In this document: piece after piece, positions 1-9,552 of the stretch
How positions within the stretch are numbered: position 1 is the stretch's first letter
How the letters are laid out: each line of letters starts with the position of its first letter
Origin: an uncultured bacterium
GTDB taxonomy: Bacteria; Patescibacteriota; Minisyncoccia; Phycocordibacterales; PALSA-1337
Direction: 5' to 3'
Assembly (NCBI GenBank): GCA_963848635.1
Contig: CAWKEA010000005.1
Coordinates: 426,810-490,809 of the forward strand
Length of the DNA stretch: 64,000 nt
Notes under the pieces: generated by a model
Seen by the model: the letters and a program-made list of their open reading frames with translations, nothing else
Told to the model about the DNA's origin: nothing
Databases searched by the model: none
Position numbers and translations under genes: made by a program

Positions 1-195
1 CATGAAAGTAAATTTTATAAAAAGTCTGAGCTAAAAAATAAATACGCTACCAGTATACGCTTCTTTATAAAATATCAAACTTATGGAAAGCAGTTAAATA
101 TGTTGATAAGCTGTGGATTAATTATATATTGCACACCATCATGTAAAACATTTCAAGTTGAGTTTTTCTATGCTATGCTTTATAGTGTTTAACTC
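1..195. promoter_or_regulatory. Putative oriC / dnaA-rpmH intergenic region with DnaA-box-like sites
   Basis: AT-rich; TGTTGATAA (101-109) and TGTGGATTA (112-120) are 1-mismatch reverse DnaA boxes; lies upstream of rpmH; CAT at 1-3 could be the start of a divergent gene (dnaA by synteny, not visible). Confidence 0.55.
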
Positions 196-330
196 ATGTC
201 ATTCACTTATAATCCAAAAAAGAGAAAGCGCGCAAGGTCGCATGGTTTTAGACAGCGCATCAAGACGAAATCAGGCAAGAATGTGATCAAACGCCGTCGG
301 GCGAAGGGCCGCAGTCGTATTACGGTATAA
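196..330 (+). CDS. rpmH: 50S ribosomal protein L34
   Basis: Translated by hand (not in ORF track): [44 protein letters not shown], typical L34. Confidence 0.97.
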   Translation: MSFTYNPKKRKRARSHGFRQRIKTKSGKNVIKRRRAKGRSRITV

Positions 331-339
331 AGCCGAATC

Positions 340-675
340 ATGCTGTCAAAGCTCGACCGTCTTTCTGTAAAAGAATTCGATGTAGTCATAAAGACTGGCC
401 GAGAGGCCTATTCGCCTTTTTTCACTGTAAAGTACGCTCTTTCAAGCAAATTCAAGTTTTCACCGACGGCACCAAAAAGGACCTTCAAGACAGCGGTTTC
501 GAGGAACCGGACTCGGCGGAGGATATACGGTGCTGTCCGCAGAGTGATCGCCTCGAAACGACCAAAACCTAATCACGTCGTGCTCATCATAAAAAAAGAC
601 ATCAGCGGCATTACGAGCCAGTATTTAACCAATATGATCAATGATCTATTTGTGCAAGCCCGAATAATCGCATAA
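340..675 (+). CDS. rnpA: Ribonuclease P protein component
   Basis: RNR motif (KTAVSRNRTRRRI), position between rpmH and yidC. Confidence 0.9.
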   Translation: MLSKLDRLSVKEFDVVIKTGREAYSPFFTVKYALSSKFKFSPTAPKRTFKTAVSRNRTRRRIYGAVRRVIASKRPKPNHVVLIIKKDISGITSQYLTNMINDLFVQARIIA

Positions 676-686
676 TATAAACATAT

Positions 687-1427
687 ATGTTCTCATCGAT
701 AGTCTATTTGTATAATCTGATCATATATATACCGCTTTACAACGGCTTGATCTCTCTCATCAATATTTTTCCTTGGATGGATGCTGGCGTCGCTATCATC
801 GCCTTCACAATAATCATACGGCTCATTCTATTCCCTTTGGCCCGAAAGTCGATAAAGACACAGATCAGGATGCGAGAGATACAGCCGGAAATAGCGGCGC
901 TCCAAAAGAAATTTACGAACAAGCAAGAACAGATGCAGAAGACGATGGAGCTCTATAAAAAGCATAATGTCCGTCCATTAGCCGGCACACTCGTTTTGTT
1001 CATACAATTGCCGATCCTTCTCGGCCTTTATTATGTTTTCGCCAGATCCGGCTTACCTGTCGTTAATACAGGCATTCTGTATTCGTTTGTCCATAGCCCT
1101 GTCATAAACATGAATTTTCTTGGACTCCTCGATATATCGAAGACGAGCATAGCCATGGCTGTCATAGCGGCCTTGTCGCAATATGTCCAATTACGTTATT
1201 CTCTCGCTTCTCAAGCGTCAGCAACAGGCTCTGCAGACAATCCAGCGGCGGCTATGTCGCGTCAGATGAGGTATTTGATGCCCGTTATGATATTTATATT
1301 GGCTTTCCGTTTCCCTGCCGCTATATCCCTCTATTGGGCGATCGGAAATCTGTTCATGCTCGGACAGGAATTGTTTGTGAGATTTCACCACGAGAGAGGC
1401 AAGAGAAAAGCAATAGGTTTGGCGTAG
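687..1427 (+). CDS. yidC: YidC/Oxa1 membrane protein insertase
   Basis: GVAIIAFTIIIRLILFPL, QPEIAALQKK, IQLPIL, LYWAIGNLF motifs; synteny. Confidence 0.95.
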   Translation: MFSSIVYLYNLIIYIPLYNGLISLINIFPWMDAGVAIIAFTIIIRLILFPLARKSIKTQIRMREIQPEIAALQKKFTNKQEQMQKTMELYKKHNVRPLAGTLVLFIQLPILLGLYYVFARSGLPVVNTGILYSFVHSPVINMNFLGLLDISKTSIAMAVIAALSQYVQLRYSLASQASATGSADNPAAAMSRQMRYLMPVMIFILAFRFPAAISLYWAIGNLFMLGQELFVRFHHERGKRKAIGLA

Positions 1428-1432
1428 GTTTT

Positions 1433-2737
1433 TTATTGATCAAGATCCACTGACCACAGCGATAAGTCGTTTTTATTTACGAAATAGAGGAATCTTTCAG
1501 AAGGGTCGAGCGCGAGCCACTCAGCATCGATGGAAGTCTTTGCGTCTTGCGACAGGTTCGATACGAGATGGACTGATCCAGTGTCGGTGTCTATCTCGAC
1601 TATTTGGTCGGTTGTCGGGTCTGTTCCTTTGTACCACGCATCCGGGTATGCGTTTGATAAGGTTGAGACGGGAACGGCACAGTAGAGATCGAGAGGATTT
1701 TGGCGGCTCCAAACGCATTTTTCAGCCAAGGTGACGAACGGCAAGTCCTGGCTCGAACTATCTTTGACAGTATAAAGCGACGTCACACTATTTCCTGAAG
1801 ACGAATTATCGGAATAAAGCACGAGCTGTCCTGTCTGGTTCGGTAAGACGGATAAGCCGGTAACACCGCCTAATATCTCGCTCATCCCGCCTGTTTTTAT
1901 ATTGACCGCGTAAAGATACCCATATGAGCTTCCAGAGGCCTTTGTTGACATCATGAGCGTGGTTGTGGATGGCCAGAAAGCGTTTACCTGGGTCAACGGC
2001 GTGCTAAAGATCTGGCTTGATCCTGATCCGTCAAAATTCGAGATAAAGCCGACGCCGTTGCCGTTTTCATTTTCGATGGTGAAAATCTGGTTGCCTTTTG
2101 GAGAAACAGCCGCGGATATAATGTTACCTGGGAAATACGTGCCCCGTAGGTCATATGGCGTTTGAGACAGGACTGGCGGGATAGGTATATTTGTCATTGC
2201 CGTACCCGAAGCGTTGGTGACATGTATCACTGTCGTCGTTGCGGTCGAATGTAGCTGAACATAGAAATTGGTTATATCATCACCACCCTCTTTTATATAT
2301 CTGAAGATCCCAGACATGGCATTCTTGTTCCAATAGCTAGAATAGACAAGAGGCACTGTCGTATTCGATATATTGATGGGCGTAGCTGACGCCATATTCA
2401 TGTCGTAGATATAGCCTGTGCCGCGATCTACAAACCTGACGAATGTGCTTGAAGCTGTCGTGGATGCGACGAATCCTCCGATCGGTGTCGGCCACAGCTC
2501 TCTGACTTTCGGGTACTGATATGTTTGTCCGTTTTGAGTCGAAACATTCGGTGTATTGTTTCCAGGTTTCTGAGCATTACTCGATCCACCTGAACCGAAC
2601 GGGCTGAAAGGATTTTGTGCCGCGACAGAATTACCTGGCGGTGCTGGTTTATTCAGATAGAAAAAGAAATAGGCAAAAGCGCCGAGTACCGCCAGGATGA
2701 TGATTGTTATGATGGTGTATGAAAGTTTGCGTGACAT
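1433..2737 (-). CDS. Membrane-anchored secreted protein, probable beta-propeller
   Basis: N-terminal TM helix, S/T-rich, repeated blade-like motifs (AVSPKG, ALDPSE); last gene of T4SS-like cluster. Confidence 0.6.
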   Translation of the reverse strand: MSRKLSYTIITIIILAVLGAFAYFFFYLNKPAPPGNSVAAQNPFSPFGSGGSSNAQKPGNNTPNVSTQNGQTYQYPKVRELWPTPIGGFVASTTASSTFVRFVDRGTGYIYDMNMASATPINISNTTVPLVYSSYWNKNAMSGIFRYIKEGGDDITNFYVQLHSTATTTVIHVTNASGTAMTNIPIPPVLSQTPYDLRGTYFPGNIISAAVSPKGNQIFTIENENGNGVGFISNFDGSGSSQIFSTPLTQVNAFWPSTTTLMMSTKASGSSYGYLYAVNIKTGGMSEILGGVTGLSVLPNQTGQLVLYSDNSSSGNSVTSLYTVKDSSSQDLPFVTLAEKCVWSRQNPLDLYCAVPVSTLSNAYPDAWYKGTDPTTDQIVEIDTDTGSVHLVSNLSQDAKTSIDAEWLALDPSERFLYFVNKNDLSLWSVDLDQ

Positions 2738-2745
2738 AATTAGGA

Positions 2746-3615
2746 TTAATTATTTTGAGGGGCGCTGTAAAGTTTGAATGGTGCGGCCGGTGCGCTCGGG
2801 CTCTGTGAGTTCGTCGTCGCTGGAGCCGCGGAAGTGCTTGGGGCCATTGGTTGGGGCGAAGAGGCTTGGTATACGGTATTGACTGGCGCAGATTGTGGCG
2901 CTGTATTTATCAACTGGGAATTATTGCTGTTCATTACGCTTTGCACAGTTACCGGCGTTGCTGATGTGTTCGTCAAACTTCCGTATGTTATGGGAGGTAT
3001 CGTCAAATTATTCTGCGAGACGATATTTGGATCAATAGTATACAAGACAAGATAGGCCACGAGGGCCAGCAACAGCCCTAAAATAGCATCCTGTATCTTT
3101 TTTACGGCGTCCCCTTTTGTGTTTGCGGCGCCGCTCAACATATATTCGAATCCACCGACGGTTATCATAAATACAGCCAGAACGACTGCGAGAGCCAGCA
3201 TGAATTTGTAAGCATATGAGATGAATTGTGAGAGAGTGATGCTAGTGATGGCTGGATTACCGCTACTATCAGTGCTACACGTGAGACCTGATCCAGCTAT
3301 GCATGGCAATGGCGACAAGAGCGTGTAGGGGACTTGCGTCCCATCGCTACCGTTCGATGAGGTTTGATTCGCATTTGTGTTGTTTGATGAGCCTATGCTT
3401 TGCTGGGCGGTTTGGATCTGATTCTGTAGCGCAGTACAGGAAGGTATTTGTATTGTTTGTCCATTGCTATTCACGCAATTGCTCTGATAATTCTGCTGGA
3501 CTTGATTTATATCAGAAGCGCTAGATTGCGCATATGCCGAGATGCCTCCAAAAAACATCAATGAAAAAATGAAAGCTACGCCTACGAATGATGTTTTTTT
3601 AAATTGAGATCGCAT
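2746..3615 (-). CDS. VirB2/TrbC-like T4SS pilin-domain protein
   Basis: Signal peptide; two TM helices with GGFEYMLSGA...DAVKKIQDAILGLLLAL..YLVLYTIDP typical of CPR T4SS pilin; start moved to MRSQF. Confidence 0.7.
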   Translation of the reverse strand: MRSQFKKTSFVGVAFIFSLMFFGGISAYAQSSASDINQVQQNYQSNCVNSNGQTIQIPSCTALQNQIQTAQQSIGSSNNTNANQTSSNGSDGTQVPYTLLSPLPCIAGSGLTCSTDSSGNPAITSITLSQFISYAYKFMLALAVVLAVFMITVGGFEYMLSGAANTKGDAVKKIQDAILGLLLALVAYLVLYTIDPNIVSQNNLTIPPITYGSLTNTSATPVTVQSVMNSNNSQLINTAPQSAPVNTVYQASSPQPMAPSTSAAPATTNSQSPSAPAAPFKLYSAPQNN

Positions 3616-4696
3616 TTTTATTCTTATTTGCGGTGAACATGACGTCGATAGCGTTCGTCGCTCCTTGCAGGATCTCTTCGGCATTCTGGAGCTGTAATTG
3701 TACTGGATAACTGGCATCATTTGAAGTGTCTTGGATGCGCAATGTCACGCTTCTGTTGTTGGTCAGCGCTGTTTGTACTGACCCGTTTATGGTCCAGCTG
3801 TATTGGAGATTATTTTTTAACAAGTTCGGCATGGTGAATGAAAATGGCGCCGCGAGCAATGTTATTTCTTGGTTAGAAAAGTTCGTCTGCGCGCCGAGTG
3901 CGAGGTTATAAAGGACTCCATACAGCGGGTCGTCTTTGTAGAATATGACAGTGGGACTTCCCGCCTGCAGAGTCAGAGCCCCAGATGCAGTCTCAGATCC
4001 ATCGCGTGTCGAGACGTCGACATATATGGTCGTTGGCCGAGGAATGAGACTGCCGGTTATGGTGACAGATTGCTTTCCATAGCCGCTTTTGCTTTGTAGG
4101 ACAGTGGAATCCTGCTTCCAGTTATAAACTAGAGTGCTTGGATCTATCTCCTTGCCGGAACTATCAGCTAGATGCGGCATGGCGACTACTTTTACCGTGT
4201 TCTCATATGCAAAATCCTGCTTGCCTTGGTATAACGGCGGGGCGTACCCTTGGCTTTCCCATATCATGTCAACCGAACCGCTTTTTATGGTCACTGATTT
4301 CTGTAGTTGCTTGCCGTCTTCTGTTTGTATGAGTATCTCCACATCGCTTTCCTTGCCTAAAACAGGTGCGGTAACTGCCACGGTATTCTCGCCGATACCC
4401 TCAGTGACTTTCTTGCCGTCTACGACCCAAGTTATATAAGCCGAAGAGATATCTGATAGGTAGTCTTGTATCGTTATTGTAACATTCTCTCCTGGTGTCG
4501 GATTCTGCGGGCTCACTGCTATATCAATACCGTCGATAGACGCCGGTACTTGGGCGTAGGCGATTGAAGACCGGGTGTTTAATCCCGAAAAAATAAACGC
4601 AAAAGATATGACCAAAATGCCTGTAAAAATAGCGCGAGATCTCGGAGAGAGAATCAAATCCTTAAGGAAATCTATTTTCAAAAAAGGTCGAACCAT
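3599..4696 (-). CDS. Secreted Ig-like beta-sandwich hypothetical protein
   Basis: Signal/TM segment; repeated Y-x-W motifs (ITWVVDG, YNWKQD, YSWTING). Confidence 0.6.
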   Translation of the reverse strand: MVRPFLKIDFLKDLILSPRSRAIFTGILVISFAFIFSGLNTRSSIAYAQVPASIDGIDIAVSPQNPTPGENVTITIQDYLSDISSAYITWVVDGKKVTEGIGENTVAVTAPVLGKESDVEILIQTEDGKQLQKSVTIKSGSVDMIWESQGYAPPLYQGKQDFAYENTVKVVAMPHLADSSGKEIDPSTLVYNWKQDSTVLQSKSGYGKQSVTITGSLIPRPTTIYVDVSTRDGSETASGALTLQAGSPTVIFYKDDPLYGVLYNLALGAQTNFSNQEITLLAAPFSFTMPNLLKNNLQYSWTINGSVQTALTNNRSVTLRIQDTSNDASYPVQLQLQNAEEILQGATNAIDVMFTANKNKNAISI

Positions 4697-4767
4697 GGCT
4701 TTATTCTATCATGTCAAGATGACATCTCGTACAAGACTTCTCCACAAGTACAAGGAAAGCCCTTGTA

Positions 4768-5223
4768 CTAAATCCCGCCACTCGGTAGTCTCTTACCTCC
4801 TTGGTTCAAGGGTTTTTTGATGGCTGTGGGCTTGCGTGTTGCTTGTCCGTTAACCATTCGATTGAGTGGTTGGCCGTCTTCTTGTGATTCAGCCATAGAT
4901 GCTTGTTGGAGCGACCATTCATCGGCTACGGTCTTATGAATATACCAAGCATCAATGATCCAAGCCGGCGCCACATCAACCGACAGTTGTTCGGCCAAAT
5001 CGCTTGCGATCAGTGAAATCAGGCGGCCCGGACGTTGTATCATGGACACCCCGCGAAGTTGGAAATATAAACCCAAAATGATACCGATACATGGATCACC
5101 AATCTCATTTATAGCTTCTCCATAACCCGGTATAAGATCAATACCCCACTGTGCAAGATCAGTTAAACCTGTCAAAATAAATACCATTTTCCATTCAAAA
5201 TCTCCTGGATCTTTTAAGGCCAT
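4768..5223 (-). CDS. Hypothetical membrane protein (T4SS-like cluster)
   Basis: 151-aa ORF co-oriented in operon, hydrophobic N-half. Confidence 0.55.
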   Translation of the reverse strand: MALKDPGDFEWKMVFILTGLTDLAQWGIDLIPGYGEAINEIGDPCIGIILGLYFQLRGVSMIQRPGRLISLIASDLAEQLSVDVAPAWIIDAWYIHKTVADEWSLQQASMAESQEDGQPLNRMVNGQATRKPTAIKKPLNQGGKRLPSGGI

Positions 5224-5237
5224 TGTAGTTAAGATTT

Positions 5238-7052
5238 CTACTGCGCCGCCAACGCCTCCTTCTTTGCCTCCTTTATCGCCGCCAGCTGGGCAGGATTGCT
5301 CGTGATGATCTGATCTTCCGTATATGAGGCCACGACCTTTATAGCGACATGCTTCAGACCGACAAAGAAGATCCCTTCTCCGACATCGGATTCGAGCAAA
5401 AGATATTTTTCCTCATCCGTCAGGTTGAAGACCTGTTGGATCTTGTCCATGGAGGTAGGCGACTGTTTCAAAAGTATCTGGATAGACGAGTTTGTCAGGA
5501 TCGGCATGCCGTACGGCGATTTTAAAAAGTCGTCGACATCCTGAGTTATGGTGGCGAGCCCCAGGAAATATTTGCGGCCGCGCTTTGCGATTGAAAGCAA
5601 AAATGAGGCAGTATCGTCGCTTTTCATCATCCACCAAGCCTCATCGACGATCATAAGGCGCTTCTTTATCTCCTTTCTGACCGCATTCCATATATGATGA
5701 GTGACGATGTACATAGCGACCGGTTTCAGCTCGTCTTCCATATCGCGCACTGAAAAGACCACGAATTTATGGTTGATGTCGACGTTCGTCGGATGGTTGA
5801 GAAAACCTGACCAGGTTCCTTTTGTGAATTTTGTCAGGCGCTCGACGAGCGATTCGGCTCCATCCATGCCGCTCAAGACAAGCTCGAAATCTGACAGGAG
5901 AGGAGGCGTGACATTGGCGAAATCCGAATCGGCTGTGATGTCTTTGAGGGCGTACGTTTCCGTTATGGCGCGGTCTATGATGGCGTCTTCTTCTGGCGTC
6001 AAGCCTCCGAGCATGACACGGAAAAGGCCGACGAGATTGATGATGTTCGATCGCAGGATATCAGCGCCGCTCTCGTCTTCGCGTGCGATCGGCAGGTCGA
6101 ACGGGTTGATATGATGCTCGGAATTGAGGGATATATTAAAGTATTTACCGCCTGTGACCTCTGCCATGTGCTCGTATTCCCTCTCTGGATCGATGATGAT
6201 GACTTCGGTGTCAAACATAAGGGTGCGCAATATCTCGAGCTTCGTGCAGTAGGATTTGCCAGCGCCGGATTTTGCGAACGTCACTGAATTGTAGTTTTCC
6301 AAAAGATACCGATCAAAGAGGACGAGGGACGAATTATGCCTGTTTATCCCGTACAGGATGCCTTTGTCGGAGGTGAGGTCGAACGATACGAACGGAAAGA
6401 TCGATGAGAGCGGCGACGAATTCATCTTTGAATTGATATTGAGCTCGTCGTTGCCGATCGGCAGGACGCTTCGATAGCCGCTTTCCTGCTGGAACAGGGC
6501 AGGTTTGAGGTAGACGAGCTTTGCTTCGAGGATGGACTTGATCTCGCTCTCGAGCTTGTCCAATTCGTTCTCATTGTCGGCAAAGATAGTTATATATACC
6601 CCGACATCGAATATCTTTTCCTGCGCTTGCATCAATGTATCGCGCAGGCTCTCGAGGTCTTGGTATGCGGTGTCGAGCGCCGGGTCGCGCACGAGCCCGC
6701 GGTCTTCGCGGCGGGAGATCTGGCTTTGCACTTCAGCTACTTTTTTCTGGAATTTGCGCAATATCTTTGATGTGTCGACCGGATGGATGAAGATCGATAT
6801 GTTGAATACTTTGTCGAGGTTGATTATGGGAGCGAACCAGCTGTCGGTCAGAAAGCGCGGATATGATATGACGAAAAAGGTTCTTGCTAGTTTTTCTCCT
6901 AGATTCAGCTCCTTCGGCCCTATTTTCAAGGCTGAAGGGGCGATGATGTCTTTCAGTTCCAAAACTCCCTCTTGATAGATATCTTGGGGCAAGAAGGAAA
7001 CGATCGGCTGTTCCTTGTCTTTTTTGTTGAATAGTTTTGAGAATATAGACAT
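5238..7052 (-). CDS. VirB4/TraC-like T4SS ATPase
   Basis: Walker A AKSGAGKS, IIIDPEREY, Walker B MIVDEAW, RGRKY..LATITQD. Confidence 0.9.
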   Translation of the reverse strand: MSIFSKLFNKKDKEQPIVSFLPQDIYQEGVLELKDIIAPSALKIGPKELNLGEKLARTFFVISYPRFLTDSWFAPIINLDKVFNISIFIHPVDTSKILRKFQKKVAEVQSQISRREDRGLVRDPALDTAYQDLESLRDTLMQAQEKIFDVGVYITIFADNENELDKLESEIKSILEAKLVYLKPALFQQESGYRSVLPIGNDELNINSKMNSSPLSSIFPFVSFDLTSDKGILYGINRHNSSLVLFDRYLLENYNSVTFAKSGAGKSYCTKLEILRTLMFDTEVIIIDPEREYEHMAEVTGGKYFNISLNSEHHINPFDLPIAREDESGADILRSNIINLVGLFRVMLGGLTPEEDAIIDRAITETYALKDITADSDFANVTPPLLSDFELVLSGMDGAESLVERLTKFTKGTWSGFLNHPTNVDINHKFVVFSVRDMEDELKPVAMYIVTHHIWNAVRKEIKKRLMIVDEAWWMMKSDDTASFLLSIAKRGRKYFLGLATITQDVDDFLKSPYGMPILTNSSIQILLKQSPTSMDKIQQVFNLTDEEKYLLLESDVGEGIFFVGLKHVAIKVVASYTEDQIITSNPAQLAAIKEAKKEALAAQ

Positions 7053-7159
7053 AGTGATTTAGTCAAAAGTCGAAAGTACCGAGTCACAAATCAATGTAAA
7101 TAGTCTTAGTTGTAAAGACTTTCGACTCGGGACTTTATGATTTTTGACTTTATGGGCTA

Positions 7160-7789
7160 TCATGTTAGTTGCATCGGCTTTTCTGTGTCGCCTGGATTGA
7201 AGATCTTGTAGAACAATTCTATCACTTCTTCCGTGCCCAATTCAGCCACGCGCACGCCGCAACGCACGAGGCCTTGTTCAACCACGCCGACTCTCTGTTC
7301 AAGCTGGCTTCGGTATTCTTCAAAGCTTTCGTTGGCTGTCGGTGCCGTTTTTTTTCCGCCTGGGAAAAAGCGCGACGCAGGATTGTTGTTTTTTCCGATC
7401 ATCGGCGCGGCATACGGCACGACGATGAAGAATGTCTTTGTCATGATATTTGAATTTTCCACGAATGTCTTTATGAAATCTATATATTCTTGGACCTGTA
7501 TCTTCATGAGCTCGATGGTCTGGTTTTTGTATTGCTCTTCAAGAAGGGCTATGTAAGGCCTTATATCGAGCTTCTTCGATTGAATGAATATCTGAAGGTC
7601 AAAATCGAGCGAATTCAAAAAATTCTGGAATTGGAACATGATCGAGTTCTGTTCGTCCGCAGATTTTAAGGCAAAATTGACCGATGAAGCCATGACAAGA
7701 GCGCGAAATGATCCGTCGTTCAAAATAGCCACTCCGTCGCGGACTTCTTTTATAGGCACAAAATTTTGTGATTCTTTTGGAGTAGGCAT
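7160..7789 (-). CDS. T4SS-associated protein (TraC/VirB4 N-terminal-like)
   Basis: SVNFALKSADEQ..FQNFLNSLDFDLQI motif; between PrgI and VirB4; start moved to MPTPK. Confidence 0.7.
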   Translation of the reverse strand: MPTPKESQNFVPIKEVRDGVAILNDGSFRALVMASSVNFALKSADEQNSIMFQFQNFLNSLDFDLQIFIQSKKLDIRPYIALLEEQYKNQTIELMKIQVQEYIDFIKTFVENSNIMTKTFFIVVPYAAPMIGKNNNPASRFFPGGKKTAPTANESFEEYRSQLEQRVGVVEQGLVRCGVRVAELGTEEVIELFYKIFNPGDTEKPMQLT

Positions 7790-7791
7790 GG

Positions 7792-8268
7792 CTATTGTTT
7801 GCGCGTCACTTCCCCGCTGTTGATTCTTTCCTGTATATCCAGATTCCACGCCAAGTCCTTCAATTTGCTTTGTGATACCTTCTGTATCATCACTCCCGCG
7901 TATTTTTCGGCTCCGGGACCTGTCGTTCCATTCCCTCTGCTGTTCTGTTGGGCTGTCAGCGCCTCTGCCGCGGCTTGTTTTTTCTTCTCATCTTTTTTCC
8001 ACAGATAAAGCTTTGATCCGACGCTGTATCTGAAAGCCGATTCGAGCACATTGATGAATGGACGGTTGTTGATCCGATAGAAAGCAAGGGCGCCTGAAAG
8101 AGCCAAAACGATTAGTATCGGTATCGCTGAAAAAATGAGCGAGGGAATCAAACGGTAGATCAGATATGAGAGCGCTACGCCCCCAACCATGTATATGAAC
8201 TGTTTGAAGGTAAAAGGCCCGAAAATCTTGTCCTCGACGTCTATGAATTGAGGAACCTGGTATTGCAT
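7792..8268 (-). CDS. PrgI-family (VirB3-like) membrane protein
   Basis: MQYQVPQFIDVEDKIFGPFTFKQF N-terminus and two TM helices. Confidence 0.85.
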   Translation of the reverse strand: MQYQVPQFIDVEDKIFGPFTFKQFIYMVGGVALSYLIYRLIPSLIFSAIPILIVLALSGALAFYRINNRPFINVLESAFRYSVGSKLYLWKKDEKKKQAAAEALTAQQNSRGNGTTGPGAEKYAGVMIQKVSQSKLKDLAWNLDIQERINSGEVTRKQ

Positions 8269-8316
8269 GCGTATAGTATATCGTGCCTATCGCGATGGCG
8301 CCACGAATAATCAGGA

Positions 8317-8658
8317 TCACAGGCTGTCTCCATGGAACAATATGATGCTTCCTTTTCCATACACTAATGGCCCTAGAGTGCAGACTGCTATTCCTCCAGA
8401 CATGCCGAGTATATATTGTCCAGGATGAGGCACGACATGCATCAAAAATGGCAATTCGCCGTAATTCCACATGAGCTGTGTCACTCCGAAAGGCTCTTTT
8501 ACCGTCAGGAGCAAGCCGTTGTTACAGGGCTGAGTCACTGTGATCTGCCCGCCAAAAGGGCCGCCCAAACCTGCCGCGGAAGCAAAAAGAGGCACTGATA
8601 TGGCTGCTAATGCGACGAGGCTGGCTAGCGATTTTCTGTGCATGAATAGAGTATACAT
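8317..8658 (-). CDS. Small secreted hypothetical protein
   Basis: Signal peptide, PFGGQI..C motif; start uncertain. Confidence 0.55.
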   Translation of the reverse strand: MYTLFMHRKSLASLVALAAISVPLFASAAGLGGPFGGQITVTQPCNNGLLLTVKEPFGVTQLMWNYGELPFLMHVVPHPGQYILGMSGGIAVCTLGPLVYGKGSIILFHGDSL

Positions 8659-8677
8659 CACGTGAAGAATTATTTTA

Positions 8678-9550
8678 TTATTGTATAGGCTCACGATAAG
8701 GGTCAGTTCCATCGTATGGCTTTGCTTTGTCCTGTTTCGGGGCCTCTTGATCCATTGACATAGCTACGCCTTTCGAGAGCAATGTGTCGACGATGCTGTC
8801 TTGCCCTTGGGTGGGTATTTTTTCCGCGCTCTCTACAGTAGTTTGTGGAACGGTCTCTGCGACTATTTTTTCATTAGTCGTTTCGACTGGCGTTTCGCCC
8901 GTTGGTTCAGGCGTATCCCCCAAAAGAAGCTCCGTTGGCATGGAAGATTCGATTTTGGCGGCAGTTACCGGAGCGCTCTCTCTTTTTATGACACTCGCAA
9001 TGTCTTTTTTTGGTCCAAGCCTTTCTATGATCGAATTTCTCACCATTCTTTCAGCTTCGAACGGCGCCTCTTCCTGCTTGTCTATGACGAACCCGCCAGC
9101 TTTTTCAACGGCGCTGATGACTGAATTCTTTTGGATCTTCTCAGCATCCGTAGACATCGTTTTTTCGCTCAATTCTGGCTGTGGTTTCTTTGTGGCACCA
9201 TCCCCACTTGTTTCATACTCATTTACATTTCGTCCGGCCTCGATGTTTTTCAAAGATTCGCGCAGTTTATCGAAGACTCCCTTGTTGATATCTTGGGCGA
9301 TAAGCATGGCTTCCCCCATATCTACTTGCATTCTTCTTGCAAGATTATTCACGAATCTTGCAGATGGTGTCAGGCCTACCATAACCAATCCGACTTCATC
9401 GACGAGCTCGCTTATCTGGTCGTACATCAGATCATATTTTTGACCGATATCGACGACAGCATTGGTCGTGTCCACTGAATCTATCGCCTGCCTTATATCA
9501 ATAGGCAATGTGTCGTACCGTTCTTTGATTTGTTCTGGTGTATAAGGCAT
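8678..9550 (-). CDS. Conserved hypothetical protein
   Basis: Helical N-domain, low-complexity middle, C-terminal DPYREPI. Confidence 0.65.
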   Translation of the reverse strand: MPYTPEQIKERYDTLPIDIRQAIDSVDTTNAVVDIGQKYDLMYDQISELVDEVGLVMVGLTPSARFVNNLARRMQVDMGEAMLIAQDINKGVFDKLRESLKNIEAGRNVNEYETSGDGATKKPQPELSEKTMSTDAEKIQKNSVISAVEKAGGFVIDKQEEAPFEAERMVRNSIIERLGPKKDIASVIKRESAPVTAAKIESSMPTELLLGDTPEPTGETPVETTNEKIVAETVPQTTVESAEKIPTQGQDSIVDTLLSKGVAMSMDQEAPKQDKAKPYDGTDPYREPIQ

Positions 9551-9552
9551 GG

